Assembly (NCBI GenBank): GCA_951406725.2
Contig: OX597831.1
Coordinates: 57,784,001 to 57,848,000 of the forward strand
Reading direction: 5' to 3'
Source: Octopus vulgaris
Lineage: Eukaryota
Length of the DNA: 64,000 nt
Shown: positions 25,755-39,573 of the stretch, in pieces
Position numbering within the stretch: the stretch's first letter is position 1
Layout of the letters: every line of letters begins with the position of its first letter
Notes under the pieces: generated by a model
Database searches by the model: none
Seen by the model: the letters and a program-made list of their open reading frames with translations, nothing else
Told to the model about the DNA's origin: nothing
Translations under genes and position numbers: made by a program

Positions 25755-26030
25755 CCTCCCGGACATAAACCTTGCAGATTTTGGTCTTTGCATTGAGCCT
25801 TGACAGACTGAATACTTTACTGTCCGACCTTATGTGGAGGCAAACGCCGTCGTTTTGCGTACCAAATGCATACTTCAACATGACAGTGAAGTAGATGTTG
25901 AACAGGGTAGGAGCAAGCACGCATCCCTGTTTTAACACACGTTGAACATCAAAGGGTTCTGAGGTGTTTCCGTTGAATTGTACTGTGGCCTCCATGTACA
26001 AATGGAAAAACTCGCAGTTGAGGAGGACAC
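25755..26030 (-). mobile_element. RTE-BovB-like RT fragment
   Basis: SEPFDVQRVLKQGCVLAPTLFNIYF...LSRLNAKTK. Confidence 0.8.
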
Positions 26031-26039
26031 ATAATCTCA

Positions 26040-26370
26040 AAGAGTCTCTGACAGCCAAGTCCAACTCCTGACCTTCTTGTGTGGCCTATCACCTGGGCCA
26101 GGAGCTGTTACTACTGACAAGAGAAGTGGCAAGGGCAAGTTACTGGTGCCCCAAAACCAGTTCTTCAGGTAGATGGGACCCGTTATCCCTGGAAGGCAAC
26201 CCATCTAAGAGAAGGAAAACTCAGACTCCAAACCCCACTGCCTTGTGACGAAACCCATCATGACTTCAGGAGGAAACCCTGAGGAGAAATCTGGAGGTGG
26301 AGTCTTGAAGAGAGTTTGAAGTTGTACTCAACCTCACTCTGGCAACTCCTGCGACACACAGGTCCCAAGC
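26040..26370 (+). mobile_element. Probable RTE-type 5' UTR fragment
   Basis: ggcaacccatctaagagaaggaaaactc...aaacc motif recalled from RTE 5' UTRs; adjacent to an RTE RT fragment. Confidence 0.4.
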
Positions 26371-26479
26371 TATGACCTGGAAACAAAGCAGCTATCAAGT
26401 CAATGGAAGCACTCATTGCCATCACTCCCCACCTAAAAAAATCATGTCAAGTGATGTCCAATGTGAAGACTGCCACCCG

Positions 26480-27222
26480 GGATCAAACTTGTGTGACTTC
26501 ATTATAACAAAGGCGTTCTATAGAGGATTAGTGGAGGGGAGGTGCGATGATGTTCTCAGGCAGAATCTGGGCTTCAACGAGGAACACCTGACTCACCTGT
26601 TCAGGACAACATTTGGGCCGGGACCTATGGACAAACCCCAAAGATCCCTGGCCTGGCAGTACTATCGAGAAGCATTACCCATTCAGGATAAGCTCTACAG
26701 GCATGGTTTGAGACACACCACACTGACTTGCCCGAGATGCAGTCAGAGCGACAAAACCGTTCTGCATGCACTTGTGCAGTGTCCAACCATTTCAGACCTG
26801 TGGGCTTATGCTGAATGGCTGCTGTCATGTGTGGGATGAGTCCGCCTGTCAGCTGAGTCTATCGTGACAATTGCTCTGCCACCTTCCTGCAACTGGGAAG
26901 GCAAGGCAGTCTTCATCGTACTGGTGGCCATGGTGAAAGAATGTATGTGGTGGACTTGAGTGAAAGGATTAGAGACAAACACCTCTCTGGCCAATCGCTC
27001 ATCAACTTTTTCAAGTACCACTTGAAAAGGAAGGTGAGGATGGAGAGGCAGGTTTTGTCTTGTGAAAGTTTAAAAAAAAAGTGGGTGAATGTTGCAAAGA
27101 TGGTGCGTGCGAGTGAGGAAACCACTTTGAGCCTGATCCTGTAAATCGAAAAAAGAGAAAGAGCACTTTTCCTGCTTTTTTTCATTTTTGAAAAGAAAAG
27201 CTCTGTTTGGCCAATAAAGGAA
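26480..27222 (+). mobile_element. L1/Tx1-clade LINE 3' fragment (zf-RVT CCHC), decayed
   Basis: WQYYREALP...CPRC..DKTVLHALVQC..LW; in-frame stops; AATAAA followed by a microsatellite tail. Confidence 0.75.
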
Positions 27223-27224
27223 GT

Positions 27225-27498
<274 letters not shown>

Positions 27499-27531
27499 CT
27501 TAGTTGACTCTATGGCCCTTCAATTCTAATA

Positions 27532-27614
<83 letters not shown>

Positions 27615-27616
<2 letters not shown>

Positions 27617-28772
27617 GAATTGAAGGGCCATAGAGTCAACCAAGCTAAAACCAAGGTCTTAATGAGTAGGAAGGCAGACAAACCACAAATCCCTTCAGGT
27701 AGATGGCCCTGCTTGCACTGTAGAAAAGGCGTTGGTAGAAACGCTATAAGATGTACCCAGTGTAAGCTATGGACACATAAGAGGTGCAGCAATATCACAG
27801 GAAGGCTAACTAGGAAGATAGCTTTTGTATGTGGCAGACACTCAAGAGCAATAAACACTGAAAATGTGCAGAAAACAACTTCTGTCACATTCCAGGGAGA
27901 AAAACTAGAAGTAGTTGATAGCTTCCATTACCTAGGGGACCAAGTCAGTCGTGGGGGTGGATGCTCTGAAAGTGTAACTGCTAGAATAAGAATAGTCTGG
28001 GCAAAGTTCAGAGAGCTCTTACCTCTGCTGGTAACAAAGGGCTTCTTTCTCAGAGTAAAAGGTAGACTGTATGATGTATGCGTATGAAAAGCCATGCTAC
28101 ATGGCAGTGAAACATGGGCTGTGACTGCTGAGGACATGCGTAAGCTTGTAAAGAATGAAGCCAGTATGCTCTGCTGGATGTGTAATGTCAGCGAGCATAC
28201 ATGACAGAGTGTAAGTGCCTTGAGAGAAAAGTTAGACCTAAGAAGCATCAGATGTGGTGTGCAAAAAAGACGACTGTGCTGGTATGGTCATGTGGTGTTG
28301 CATTTGAGGGAACCTGTGGAAGAGGTAGACCCAGGAAGATCTGGGATGAGGTGGTGAAGCACTACCTTTGAACATTGGGCCTCACCAAGGCAATGACAAG
28401 TGACCTAGACCTTTGGAAATATGCTGTGCTTGAGAAGACCTGGCAAGCTAAGTGAGACCATAACCTATGGCCTATTCCAGTGGTGTAACTAGCCTACTTA
28501 TGCGTACCTTTCTTTCATAGGACACTAAATTCTGCTTGCGAAGACCTGTTGAGTCAAGTGAAATCGAAATGAAATTCGCTGACATGGTCGATGACAGTAC
28601 CACCTGACTGGCATCCGTGCTAGTTGAACGTTAAGAGCACCATTCAAGCGTGATCACTGCTAGATCAGATTGGAGCCTGGTGCAGACATCTGGCTCACCA
28701 GTCCTCAGTCAAACTGTCCAACCCATGCCAGCATGCAAAGTGGATGTTAAATGATGAAGATGATGATGATGT
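27615..28772 (+). mobile_element. 5'-truncated, decayed RTE-PHD LINE
   Basis: KTKVLMS..WPCLHC..CTQC..HKRC; stops; (GAT)n tail. Confidence 0.9.
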
Positions 28773-29229
28773 AATGGCAATGTTATTTTTTGTTTGCCAT
28801 TTGTAAGGTGAAAGAACAGTGATTGAAATAAACGAATGAAATAAGCAAATAAATAAGTAAATAAATAGATTTTTATTTTTATTTATCTATCTATCTATAC
28901 ACATGATTGTAATCAATTAATAAATTAGATATAATTGAATGTTTACAGGCCGATGTTTGTTGATAGTTTATCTTCTTCATTTTCTTATTTGCCTTAAAAA
29001 TCCTGGGTAAATTTTCAGTTTACCCCCACCTATACCTAGTATTCAATTGTAATTTTGCCCTGCAATAGTAAGCACTTGGGTATAAATGTGTAGATATAAA
29101 TCCAGTAGTATATTGAATATTTACTATCCCTTAGATGGCTGCTTAACTTCTAACTCATACTTTACCTGTTTTAAAATTGAATGAAATTTAATAGTGTTTT
29201 AGAATGTCTAATGGAATTTAAAATTATTT

Positions 29230-30045
29230 TTATGCATTTGTGTACATTTAAACTAATCAAATATTATTTTACAGAATAATAGAATTAAACTTTCTTTGAT
29301 TAAAACCCTTTCTAACATGGAAATAGCCAAAAAGCATTTAAGGCACATAATGCTTTATGAGTACAAAAAAGGAAACTCTGCAGCCGTGACTGGTGCCGAA
29401 AAATGGATCTTCTATCGAAATGTTAAACGTTGTAAACAGTGACTTGGTAAAAGGGAAAAGCTCAACCACAACCGAGAAGGGAACTTCATGGGAAAAAGGC
29501 TCTTCTCTCTATCTGGTGGGATTGCAAAGGAGTAATTCACTTTGAATTGTTACCACCTAATGCAACAATTAATGCTCAAGACTTCTGTCAGCAATTAGAG
29601 TGTTTGAACCAAGCTTTGAAGAAAAAAGATCAGCTTTAGTGAATCAAAAAGGAGTGCCCGTTTCATCAGGACAACGCATGACTCCACACTGCAAAGATCA
29701 CATAACAGAAGATCGAAGAGGTCGATTGGGAAAAATTTTCTTCATCCACCTTATTCTCCCGACCTTGCTCCTTCAGACTACCATTTGTTTCGTAGTTTAT
29801 AGAATCATTTGGAGGACATAACTTTCGCAAGCCAGGAGGAGGTTGAAACTGACATTTCAGAGTTCTTCGCTTTGAAACCAACAAAAGAATTTTACATTGA
29901 TGGGATTAAGAAGCTTGTAAATAGATGGAAGTAAGTCATAGATAATCAGGGAAAGTACATTGATGATTACATTTCAATTAAATATAACATTTGATCACTT
30001 GTATTTTTTTTCAAAATTTGCACAGAACTTATGAGATGACTTATG
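29230..30045 (+). pseudogene. Internally deleted mariner transposon remnant
   Basis: VTGAEKWIFY, WWDCKGVIHFELL, QDNA and HPPYSPDLAPSDYHLF motifs with frameshifts and stops. Confidence 0.85.
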
Positions 30046-30055
30046 ATATATATAT

Positions 30056-30186
30056 ATATCAGAAATAGATAATAAATACAATTATGTATTTTTACCCCTA
30101 ACTTGGAGTTAAATCTAAGGTCTGTTTCATTAGTTCCAAGTTAGGGGTAAAAATACATAACAGTATTTATTATCTATTTCTGATAT
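30056..30186. repeat. ~130-bp hairpin (arms 30056-30107 and 30135-30186)
   Basis: atatcagaaatagataataaatac...ttgga and its reverse complement. Confidence 0.85.
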
Positions 30187-30671
30187 GTGTGTGTGTGTGT
30201 GTGTGTATGCATGTGCACGTGTGTGTGTATAGACATATGTATGTATGTATGTGTGTATTATATGTAGAAAAATATAAACTGGGACAAGAACGTAAAACAT
30301 TTAGAAGACGTTAGAAAAACATGGATGGAACATTCGAAGCCTTCAATCTTCAGTCAAGAACCGGATCATCCTTGCAATTTCGACTGATTAATCTTGAGAT
30401 TGCTCCGATCCAGCCAGCCCCAAGGAAAAACTAAGCTACAAGCATTAGATTTCTTGGAAGAAGGATCGAATGTATACGAAACAGGGACAGAAAAACGGAC
30501 GATGCCACACAAATATAAAATACAAAAAACAATAATGGTAAAAACAGGACAAAAACAGCGGGTGTCTAACGACAAATAAACAGTACAACAAGTTTAGCTG
30601 GCGTATGTATGTATGTATGTATGTATGTATGTATGTACGTACGTACGTATGTACGTATGTATGTATGTATG

Positions 30672-30710
<39 letters not shown>

Positions 30711-30716
<6 letters not shown>

Positions 30717-31068
30717 GTTTGGAGATGATGTACAGGTATTTTATATTAGAAGAAATAAGGTACTCAGAAATTTGGATGGTTTTGTATTTACAGATATTTA
30801 TTTGTATATTACATGTTTTTATACATCATATAACTTATATCATATATCATATATTAGCGCTTTCGTCCATTCTGGTGGATTTTTCAAATTGTGTCCATTC
30901 TGGTGGATTTTTCAAATGGAACTGTTCCATTTGAAAAATCCACCAGAATAGATGAAAGCGCTAATATATTATATAAGTTATATGATGTATAAAAACATGT
31001 AATATACAAATAAATATCTGTAAATATAAAACCATCCGAATTTCTGAGTACCTCATTTCTTCGAATAT
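30711..31068. mobile_element. Small fold-back pLTR-like element with degenerate hammerheads at its centre
   Basis: Arms 30742-30920 and 30925-31068; TTGAAAA atcca ccagaa tagat GAAAGCGCTA; unpaired 30711-30741. Confidence 0.75.
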
Positions 31069-31076
31069 ATATATGT

Positions 31077-31565
31077 TAGGAGTGGCTGTGTGGTAAGTAG
31101 CTTGTTTACCAACCACATGGTTCTGGGTTCAGTCCCACTGCGTGGCACCTTGGGCAAGTGTCTTCTACTATAGCCTCGGGCCGACCAAAGCCTTGTGAGT
31201 GGATTTGGTAGACGGAAACTGAAAGAAGCCCGTCGTATATATGTATATATATATATATATATGCGTGTGTGTGTTTGTGTGTCTGTGTTTGTCCCCCTAG
31301 CAAACATATATATATATGTATGTATGTATGTGTGTGTATATGTTTGTGTGTCTGTGTTTGTACCCCCAACATTGCTTGACAACCGATGCTGGTGTGTTTA
31401 TGTCCCCGTTACTTAGCAGTTCGGCAAAAAGAGACCGATAGAATAAGTACTGGGCTTACAAAAAGAATAAGTCCCGGGGTCGAGTTGCTCGATTAAAGGC
31501 GGTGCTCCAGCATGGCCACAGTCAAATGACTGAAACAAGTAAAAGAGTAAAAAGAGTAAAGAGTA
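31077..31565 (+). mobile_element. SINE family A
   Basis: Full-length homology. Confidence 0.88.
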
Positions 31566-31694
31566 ATATACTGATGCACACATACACACACACATACCTA
31601 CATATGTCTGTGTGTGTCTGTATGTATTTATATTTACAGTCCGAAGACCAGTGTAGTCTATGTTATTGTTCTTATGTCGTGTAGCATAGTGATA

Positions 31695-31792
31695 CGGCGG
31701 TACATATTCTAAAATTGGAACGATGCAGAGAAGATTAGCATGGCCCCTGCGCAAGGATGACATGCAAATTCGTGAAGCATTCCATATTTTTT
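31695..31792 (+). pseudogene. U6: U6 snRNA pseudogene
   Basis: aaaattggaacgatgcagagaagattagcatggcccctgcgcaaggatgac...ttccatatttttt; ACAGAGA changed to GCAGAGA, CpG-type transitions, 5' stem incomplete. Confidence 0.9.
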
Positions 31793-32567
31793 AAAATGCC
31801 CTTGTGGCAAATGAAATGAAATAATATAGTGATAAAGAGAGATGAATGAAAATAAGCCCCAAATTGAAATGATGAGTACTGAGGGGGTTAATTTCATCAA
31901 TATAATGCAGGAAAATGATGTCCCACCAAGGCTATAATCCTTTAACAGAAATCCCTGAAAGATATGATTAATAGACATGGACATAACAAAACACTATTTA
32001 GTGAAAAATTAGTTACCTGATGTAAAACATTGCTAATCAGAAATTTACCTTGTAACTCCGTGGGCTTTCATATTGTGTTCAGTGGAGTAGAGAAATATAT
32101 GATCTGAATGACAAATAAAAGAAAACACATAAACAGATTGTATTTCAGATGTTTGTTCTTTCTTTTTCTTTTTCTTTTTTTACATACATTCAAAAAAAAA
32201 GTGGGTATATCTAGAATGTCTTATCTCATGTTTCAGTTCGTTATGCTTGACAATTCCAGGTCATAACAATTCCATATTATTATTTTTTTTAACTCTTTAC
32301 ACTTTACAATAAGAGTTAAGATAGACGTGACTTATTATTTGGGGGAGGTCGAGCAAACCACGTAAAGCCTCTCTTTATAGTTTGAAGGTGTCTTTGTCAA
32401 TACCAAACTCTCTGTACACCTCTGTTTTATCTAACATCCTGCCCACTTCTTTTAACAAGCAAGTTTGAGCAATTTTTTGTTTATCTGCTGGTTACAGCAA
32501 CCCTTTCTGAATTCAGATTATTCAGTTAAATATATCCTCCTCCTCCGCCCCTCCTCCTCCTCCTCCT

Positions 32568-34640
32568 CATCATCATCATCATTGTTTAGTGTCCACTTTC
32601 CATGCTAGCATGGGTCGAACGGTTTGACTGAGGACTGGCACGTCAGGAGGCTGCACCAAGCTCCAATCTGATCTGGCAAAGTGTTTCTACAGCTGGATGC
32701 CCTTCCTAATGTCAACCACTCTGAGAGTGTAGTGGGTGCTTTTTACATGCCACCGGCATGGGGGCCAGTTTGGCGGCACTGGTATCAATCACGCTCGAAT
32801 GGTGCTTTTTACATGCCACAGGCACTGGCATCAGCCACACTCGAACGGTGCTTTTTACTTGCCACTGGCATGGGTGCCAGTCAGGCGGCACTGGCATTGG
32901 CCATGACAATGATCTCACTTGACTCAACAAGTCTTCTCAAGCACAGCATATTCCCTGTCGATTGAAAGGTACTTTTAAACGGGCTGGTTATGCGACTCTG
33001 GCATTGGCCGCGGCTACAATATCACTTGGCTTGTCGGGTCTTCTCAAGGGCAGCATATCACCAAAGATCTCAGTCGCTTGTCATTGCCTCTGTGTGGCCC
33101 AACGTTCAAAGGTCTTACTTCACCATCTCATCCCAGGTCTTCCTGGGTCTGCCCCTTCCACATGTTCCCTCCACTGTTAGGTTGTGACACTTCTTCACAC
33201 ACCTGTCCTCATCTATACATAACACCTGACCATACCAGTGCAGTTGTCTCTCTTGCACACCACATCTGATGCTTCTTATGTCCAACTTTTCTCTCAGGGC
33301 ACTTACACTTTCTTGTGTATGCACACTGACATTACACATCCAGCAGAGCATACTAGCTTCATTTCTTTCTCAGCAGTCACAGCCCATGTTTCACTGCCAT
33401 GTAGCATGGCTGTTTGCATACATGCATCATACAGTCTACCTTTCACTCTGAGCAAGAGGCCCTTTGTTACCAGCAGAAGTAGGAGCTCTCTGAACTTTGC
33501 CCAGGCTATTCTTATTCTAACAGCTACACTCTTAGAGCATTCATCTCTGCTACTGACTGGGTCAACTAGGTAATGAAAGCAATCAACTACTAGTTTTTTC
33601 TCCTGGCATCTGATGAAATTTGTTTTCTGTACACCTTCGGTGTTTTTTGCCCCTGTGCATCTGCCACACACAAAAACTAATCTTCCCGGTTAATCTTCCT
33701 TTGATATTGCTGCACATCTTATGTGTCCATAGCTTACACTGGGTACATCTTATGGAGTTTCTTCCTATGCCTTTTCTACAGATTGAGCAGGGCCATCTAT
33801 CTGAAAGGATTTGTGATTTGTCTGCCTTCCTACTTACTAAGACTTTGGTTTTCTCTAGATTGACTCTAAGGCCATTTGATTCTAGATCTTGCTTCTACAC
33901 CTGAAACTTCTCAAGTTCTGATAGTGACATAGCCATTAAAGCAAGGTCATCAGCATAGAGGAACTCCCAGGGGCAGCCTTTCTTGAATTCCTCTGTTATA
34001 GCCTGGAGGACTATGATGAATAAGAGGGGGCTGAGGACTGATCCTTGGTGGACCCCTACTTCTACCCGGAATTCTTCACTATATTTGTTGCCAACCCTCA
34101 CCTTACTGACAGCATCCCTGTACATGGCTTGTACAGCTCTCACCAACCACTCATCTATCCCTAGTTTTTGCATTGACCACCAAATTAAGGATCAGGGGAT
34201 CATGTCAAAGGCTTTCTCCATGTCAACGAAGGCCAAGAACAGAAGTTTATCTTTGGTTAGGAATTTCTCCTTCAGCTGCCTTACCAGAAATATAGCATCA
34301 CTGGTGTTACTCCCTGACATAAACCCAAACTGCATCTCATCTAAACTAACTCTCTCCCTAATTAGTTGTGCTATGACCCTCTCCGTGATTTTCATCACCT
34401 GATCCAACAATTTGATACCTCTGTAATTATTCCTATCTAATGAGTCACCTTTATCTTTGTAGCAGTTGACTATGGTGCTGCTACACCGATCATTGGGTAT
34501 GACTCCTTCATGTATCACCTGGTTGACTATATGGGTGAGTAAACTATAACCTATACTGCCAGATATCTTAAGCATCTCTGAAGTGATTCCTGATGAGCTG
34601 GAGGCTTTCCCTGTCTTTATACTCTTGATTGCTACTAATC
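32568..34640 (-). mobile_element. Decayed, 5'-truncated RTE-PHD LINE
   Basis: Fragmented RT (DMEKAFD, GVHQGSVLSP, YADD), PHD region, 3' UTR and (GAT)n. Confidence 0.92.
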
Positions 34641-35389
34641 AACAGCTGAAATGGGAAAAGCAAATGGTTAATGAAACAGAGGGAGAGAGATAGAGGGGGG
34701 AGAGAAGGGGGAGAGAGAGAGTGTTCAGAGTTAGGGCTGGTCAAAAACAAAACACGAAGAGATGGAATTTTTCGAGATTTAGAGCTTTCAAGATTTAGAG
34801 CAAGAGTAAACAGAATCGAACAATTGGATTCTGTTAAATATAATGCAGATTAATTCATGTTGTTTTGAATTGACCATGCATTATCTTGTAGCTGCAAGAT
34901 TTTGATGATGTGATTGTTTAGTTTTAGAATGATATTGTAGGATAGGTATGAGAGGCAGGATCTGGCCAATCCGAACATAAAACAGGTAGAGCATTTGGGT
35001 TTAAATGCTAAAGGATTGAAGGTTTTGAAGCTATTTTGGTTTTTCATTTGAAATTTTTATTTCCTGTAATTACTTAAGCAAAATGTGTAAAGGAACAGAT
35101 CTATAGACCTATGAGCAAAGACTTTCCAGCCATGAACATCCAGATATTTTTTTTGGTTTTTGTGAGGCATGTAGGAGTGAGTATATGTGTATTTAGGATT
35201 ACATTATGTAACGTGTTCATTTTTTTTACAATGGGGTGTTGTAATCATACAAAAACTAATGCAAATTTCAAATGGGATATAGCTGTGGAAAGAGCCAAGG
35301 AAAAGTGGGTAATACCCCTGACAAAATGGGTGGGAAAGCAAAGTTGCCAACAGGTGGCTACACAAAATTCAACTCCATACTTTAAAGAG

Positions 35390-35463
35390 TGTCTTCTACT
35401 ATAGTCTTGGGCTGACCAAAGCCTCGTGAGTGAATTTGGTTGATGGAAACTGAAAGAAGCCCG

Positions 35464-35498
<35 letters not shown>

Positions 35499-35862
35499 TT
35501 ATTTGAGGGAATAAAATCCAAACTTACAAGGAAAAAGAATTCAATTTAGAAATACTAAATCAAATTCCACACAATATAATAAATATATAAAAAATATTAG
35601 AAAAAACCCACCTTTTATCAATTCAAAATGAATAATTAAACTATACCATCTAGAAAAGCATATATGTGTGTGTGTGTGTGTGTCTGTGTTTTCCCCCCAC
35701 CATCATTGTTTGACAACTGATGTTGGTGTGTCTGCAACCCCGTAACTTAGCTGTTTGCCAGAAGAGACTGATAGAATAAGTCCAGGGGTTGATTTCTTCG
35801 ACTAAAGGGCAGTGCCCCAGCATGGCCACCATCAAATGACTGAGACAAGCGAAAGAATAAAA
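35390..35862 (+). mobile_element. SINE family A with a pLTR-tail-like insert (35495-35650) in its (TA)n
   Basis: Insert gagggaataaaatccaaacttacaaggaaaaa resembles 4338-4370. Confidence 0.7.
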
Positions 35863-36096
35863 GAATACCAGAAGAACGTTCTGTACCACTAAACCAAGAA
35901 AATTCTTGGGATATGTACGATGTATTTTATGGCTAAATAGTAATTCTATTTACGTTTGCATAACTGAAATATTTTGGTTGGATTCTATACTTTTAGTTTT
36001 ACTCTTCTTTCTATATTCTGTAACTGTCACACAGTACATAATTTACAGATGCTTGCATTTTTTATGTTTTCCGTGAAGTTTTCACAGGTCCAGCTA

Positions 36097-36135
<39 letters not shown>

Positions 36136-36314
36136 GATTTACCTAATTTGATTCTCATTTCTATATTCGTCTAATGCCTCAAGTTCGAATCTCTTGAGCA
36201 CTTCAAAGTGCAATCTATATATACTTTGGGAAAAAAATATTTTCCTCTCTTAAATGTAATTATATATATATAATTATATATATATATAATTATATATATA
36301 TGTATATATTACTA

Positions 36315-36694
36315 TGGCACTCTGTCAGTTATGACGACGAGGGTTCCAGTTGATCCAATCAACGGAATAGCCAGATCATGAAATTAACATGCAAGTGGCT
36401 GAGCACTCCACAGACACGTGTACCCTAACATAGTTCTCGGGGAGATTCAGCGTGACACAGAGTGTGACAAGGCTGGCCCCTTTGAAATACAGGTACAACA
36501 GAAACAGGAAGAAAGAGTGAGAGAAAGTTGTGGTGAAAGAGTACAGCAGGGATCACCACCCCTCATCGCTGCTAGAGCCTCGTGGAGTTTTAGGTGCTTT
36601 CACTCAATAAACATTCACAGCGCCCGGTCTGGGAATCAAAACTGCGAACCTATGACTGTGAGTCCATTGCCCTAACCACTAGGCTATTGTGCCT

Positions 36695-36695
<1 letters not shown>
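36315..36695 (-). mobile_element. tRNA-type SINE family D
   Basis: Head ggaggcacaatagcctagtggttagggca; homologous to 8075-8243. Confidence 0.75.
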
Positions 36696-36731
<36 letters not shown>

Positions 36732-37464
36732 ATAAATAAAATATATATATGCATACAGACATACATATATGTACATACATATATACATATATATATATAT
36801 GCATATATGGGTACTGGACGTCACAAAATGTAAACAACATGGAATGCAAAAACATGAAATATGAAGACAAACTTAGGTATGCAAACAACAAGAGAAACAA
36901 ATGGAAAACAAGACAAGCAACATAAAGAATGACCTTTCATCAGTTGTCAGCTGTCCATCTACTCCTCATTTCAAGCATTTAACGACAATATGAGGCTTCG
37001 AAAGGCAGTTGCTCCCGCGAACTAAATATAAGATTTGGGATTTGCGGAGGGTCAAAGCTGGTAACAAAAACAGGATAGTGGAGACATACAACAAACCTAA
37101 TTAAAACAAACATGGAGAGCCGTTAGGCCAGATGATTAATTATCAGCAGAAGTTACTGAGTGTCTCAAATACTACAAATCCTCAATCAAGGTGCCATGTA
37201 AAAAGCACCCAGTACACTCTGTGAAGTGGTTGGCTTTAGGAAGGGTATCCAGCTGTAGAAACCATGCCAAAACAGATAATTGGAACATGATGACGGCGAT
37301 GACGACGACAATAATGTATGTACACACAAACATGTGTTTGTATCTGTCTGCATGTACATGTGTGTACGTGTGTGTGTGTGTGCATGTGAATGTGTACATT
37401 TATATATCTAGCAGTGTATGAGTAGCTTTTGTGAAAGTGGTTTAGTATGTGTGGGTGTCCGTAC

Positions 37465-37495
<31 letters not shown>

Positions 37496-38215
37496 TGTAT
37501 GTATGTATGCATGCATGTATGTATGTAAAGTTTGTGTGTATGTATGTAATGTTTGTGTGTATGTATGTATGTGTGTATGTATGTATGTATGTATGTAATG
37601 TTTGTGTGTATGTATGTATGTGTGTATGTATGTATGTGTGTATGTAATGTTTGTGTGTATGTATGTAATGTTTGTGTGTATGTATGTATGTATGTAATGT
37701 TTGTGTGTATGTATGTATGTGTGTATGTATGTATGTGTGTATGTAATGTTTGTGTGTATGTATGTAATGTTTGTGTGTATGTATGTATGTATGTAATGTT
37801 TGTGTGTATGTATGTATGTATGTAATGTTTGTGTGTATGTATGTATGTGTGTATGTATGTATGTAATGTTTGTGTGTATGTATGTAATGTTTGTGTGTAT
37901 GTATGTATGTAATGTTTGTGTGTATGTATGTATGTGTGTATGTATGTATGTGTGTATGTAATGTTTGTGTGTATGTATGTAATGTTTGTGTGTATGTATG
38001 TATGTATGTAATGTTTGTGTGTATGTATGTATGTATGTAATGTTTGTGTGTATGTGTGTATGTATGTATGTATGTAATGTTTGTGTGTATGTATGTATGT
38101 TTGTATGTATGTATGTATGTATGTATGTAATGTTTGTGTGTATGTATGTATGTATGTATGCATGTATGTATGTATATATGTAATGTTTGCGTGTATGTAT
38201 GTATGTATGTATGTG
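37465..38215. repeat. Compound (TATG)n / TGTAATGTTTGTG satellite
   Basis: Direct reading. Confidence 0.9.
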
Positions 38216-38545
38216 CTTAGAGCAAACATTCCTTATCAGTTACTAGTTCTGGGTGGAGTGGTGTGCAACATAATCATGAAATTTATACTTAAGCTATGTT
38301 AATAATCAAAATATATATGTGTGTACATGTACATGTATGTATATTAGCGACATCAGTTCCTCATTGCTGGACAGTATCATCATCTATCTAATGTATTATT
38401 TGTATGTGTGTCATTATTCAATTTTATTTCAAGATTTCTTCCCCAACAGAGAAAGAGCTGGTTTCTAAACTAGATCCAAGACTCCTTCATTAGAATTCCA
38501 GCAAGGGTGGGTGGGTATGTATGTATGTATGCATGTATGTATGTT

Positions 38546-38580
<35 letters not shown>

Positions 38581-39164
38581 ATGTATGTATGTATGAATGT
38601 ATGTATGTCATTATTCAGTTTATTCCAAGATTTCTTGCCAACAGAGAAAAAAACTTGTTTCTAACCTACATCCAAGGCTCCTTCATTGGAATTTCAACAT
38701 CAACAACAAGGTATGTATGTATGTATGTATGTATGTATGTATGTATGTATGTATGTATGTATGTATGTACGTATGTATGTATGTATGTATGTATGTACGT
38801 ATGTATGTATGTAATGTTTGTGTGTTTTACGTATGTATCCTCATGCATATAGTTGCATATCTAGGCATGCTCATATATATTTAAATGATAAACTTCTGGA
38901 AAGTTTTCAGATTTTTACAATTCCAGTGATGGATTGGATCTGTAGTCTTCGAGTTAGCTTTCTACTTTCTGGTTTTGAAAAGCCTAATTTCTCAAGATTG
39001 GTATTTTTATGCAGTGTATTACATATCCTAGGGCCTCAAATGAATGTATGTATGTATGTATGTATGTATGTATGTATGTATGTATGTATGTATGTGTGTG
39101 TGTATGTATGTATGTATGTATGTATGCATGCATGTATGTATGTGTGTATATATGTATGTATGCA

Positions 39165-39199
<35 letters not shown>

Positions 39200-39372
39200 A
39201 TGTATGTATGCATGCATGCATGTATGTATGTATGTATGTATGTATTGGAGAATGTTGGAGAATGAATGAATAAATAAATGATGGAAAATTTTATGAAAAA
39301 GTAAAAATTATCATGTGTGTAAATCTACTAATTGGCAGCAAAGCAAAGCCCAACTTTTCTTTTTTCCCACAG

Positions 39373-39510
39373 GTACTGATACAGTCATACCATAATGTAC
39401 CATCAAGCAAACATCTTTGCCACTGAAATCACATCCACTTTTCCTGTAAAATCCAAAACTTTATGATGGCAACCATATGCATAGGTATGATAAAAGGTAT
39501 TTTTCGATAC

Positions 39511-39573
<63 letters not shown>

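Noticed and set aside
30330-30470. Minus-strand GAAA...CTGAAGA (and GAAA...CTGATGA at ~36935-36975) as hammerheads
   Set aside because: Core words are present but I could not find the required helices
37408-39273. HTYI/MYVC-rich ORFs (also 54177-55820 and many YIYI ORFs)
   Set aside because: Microsatellite translations
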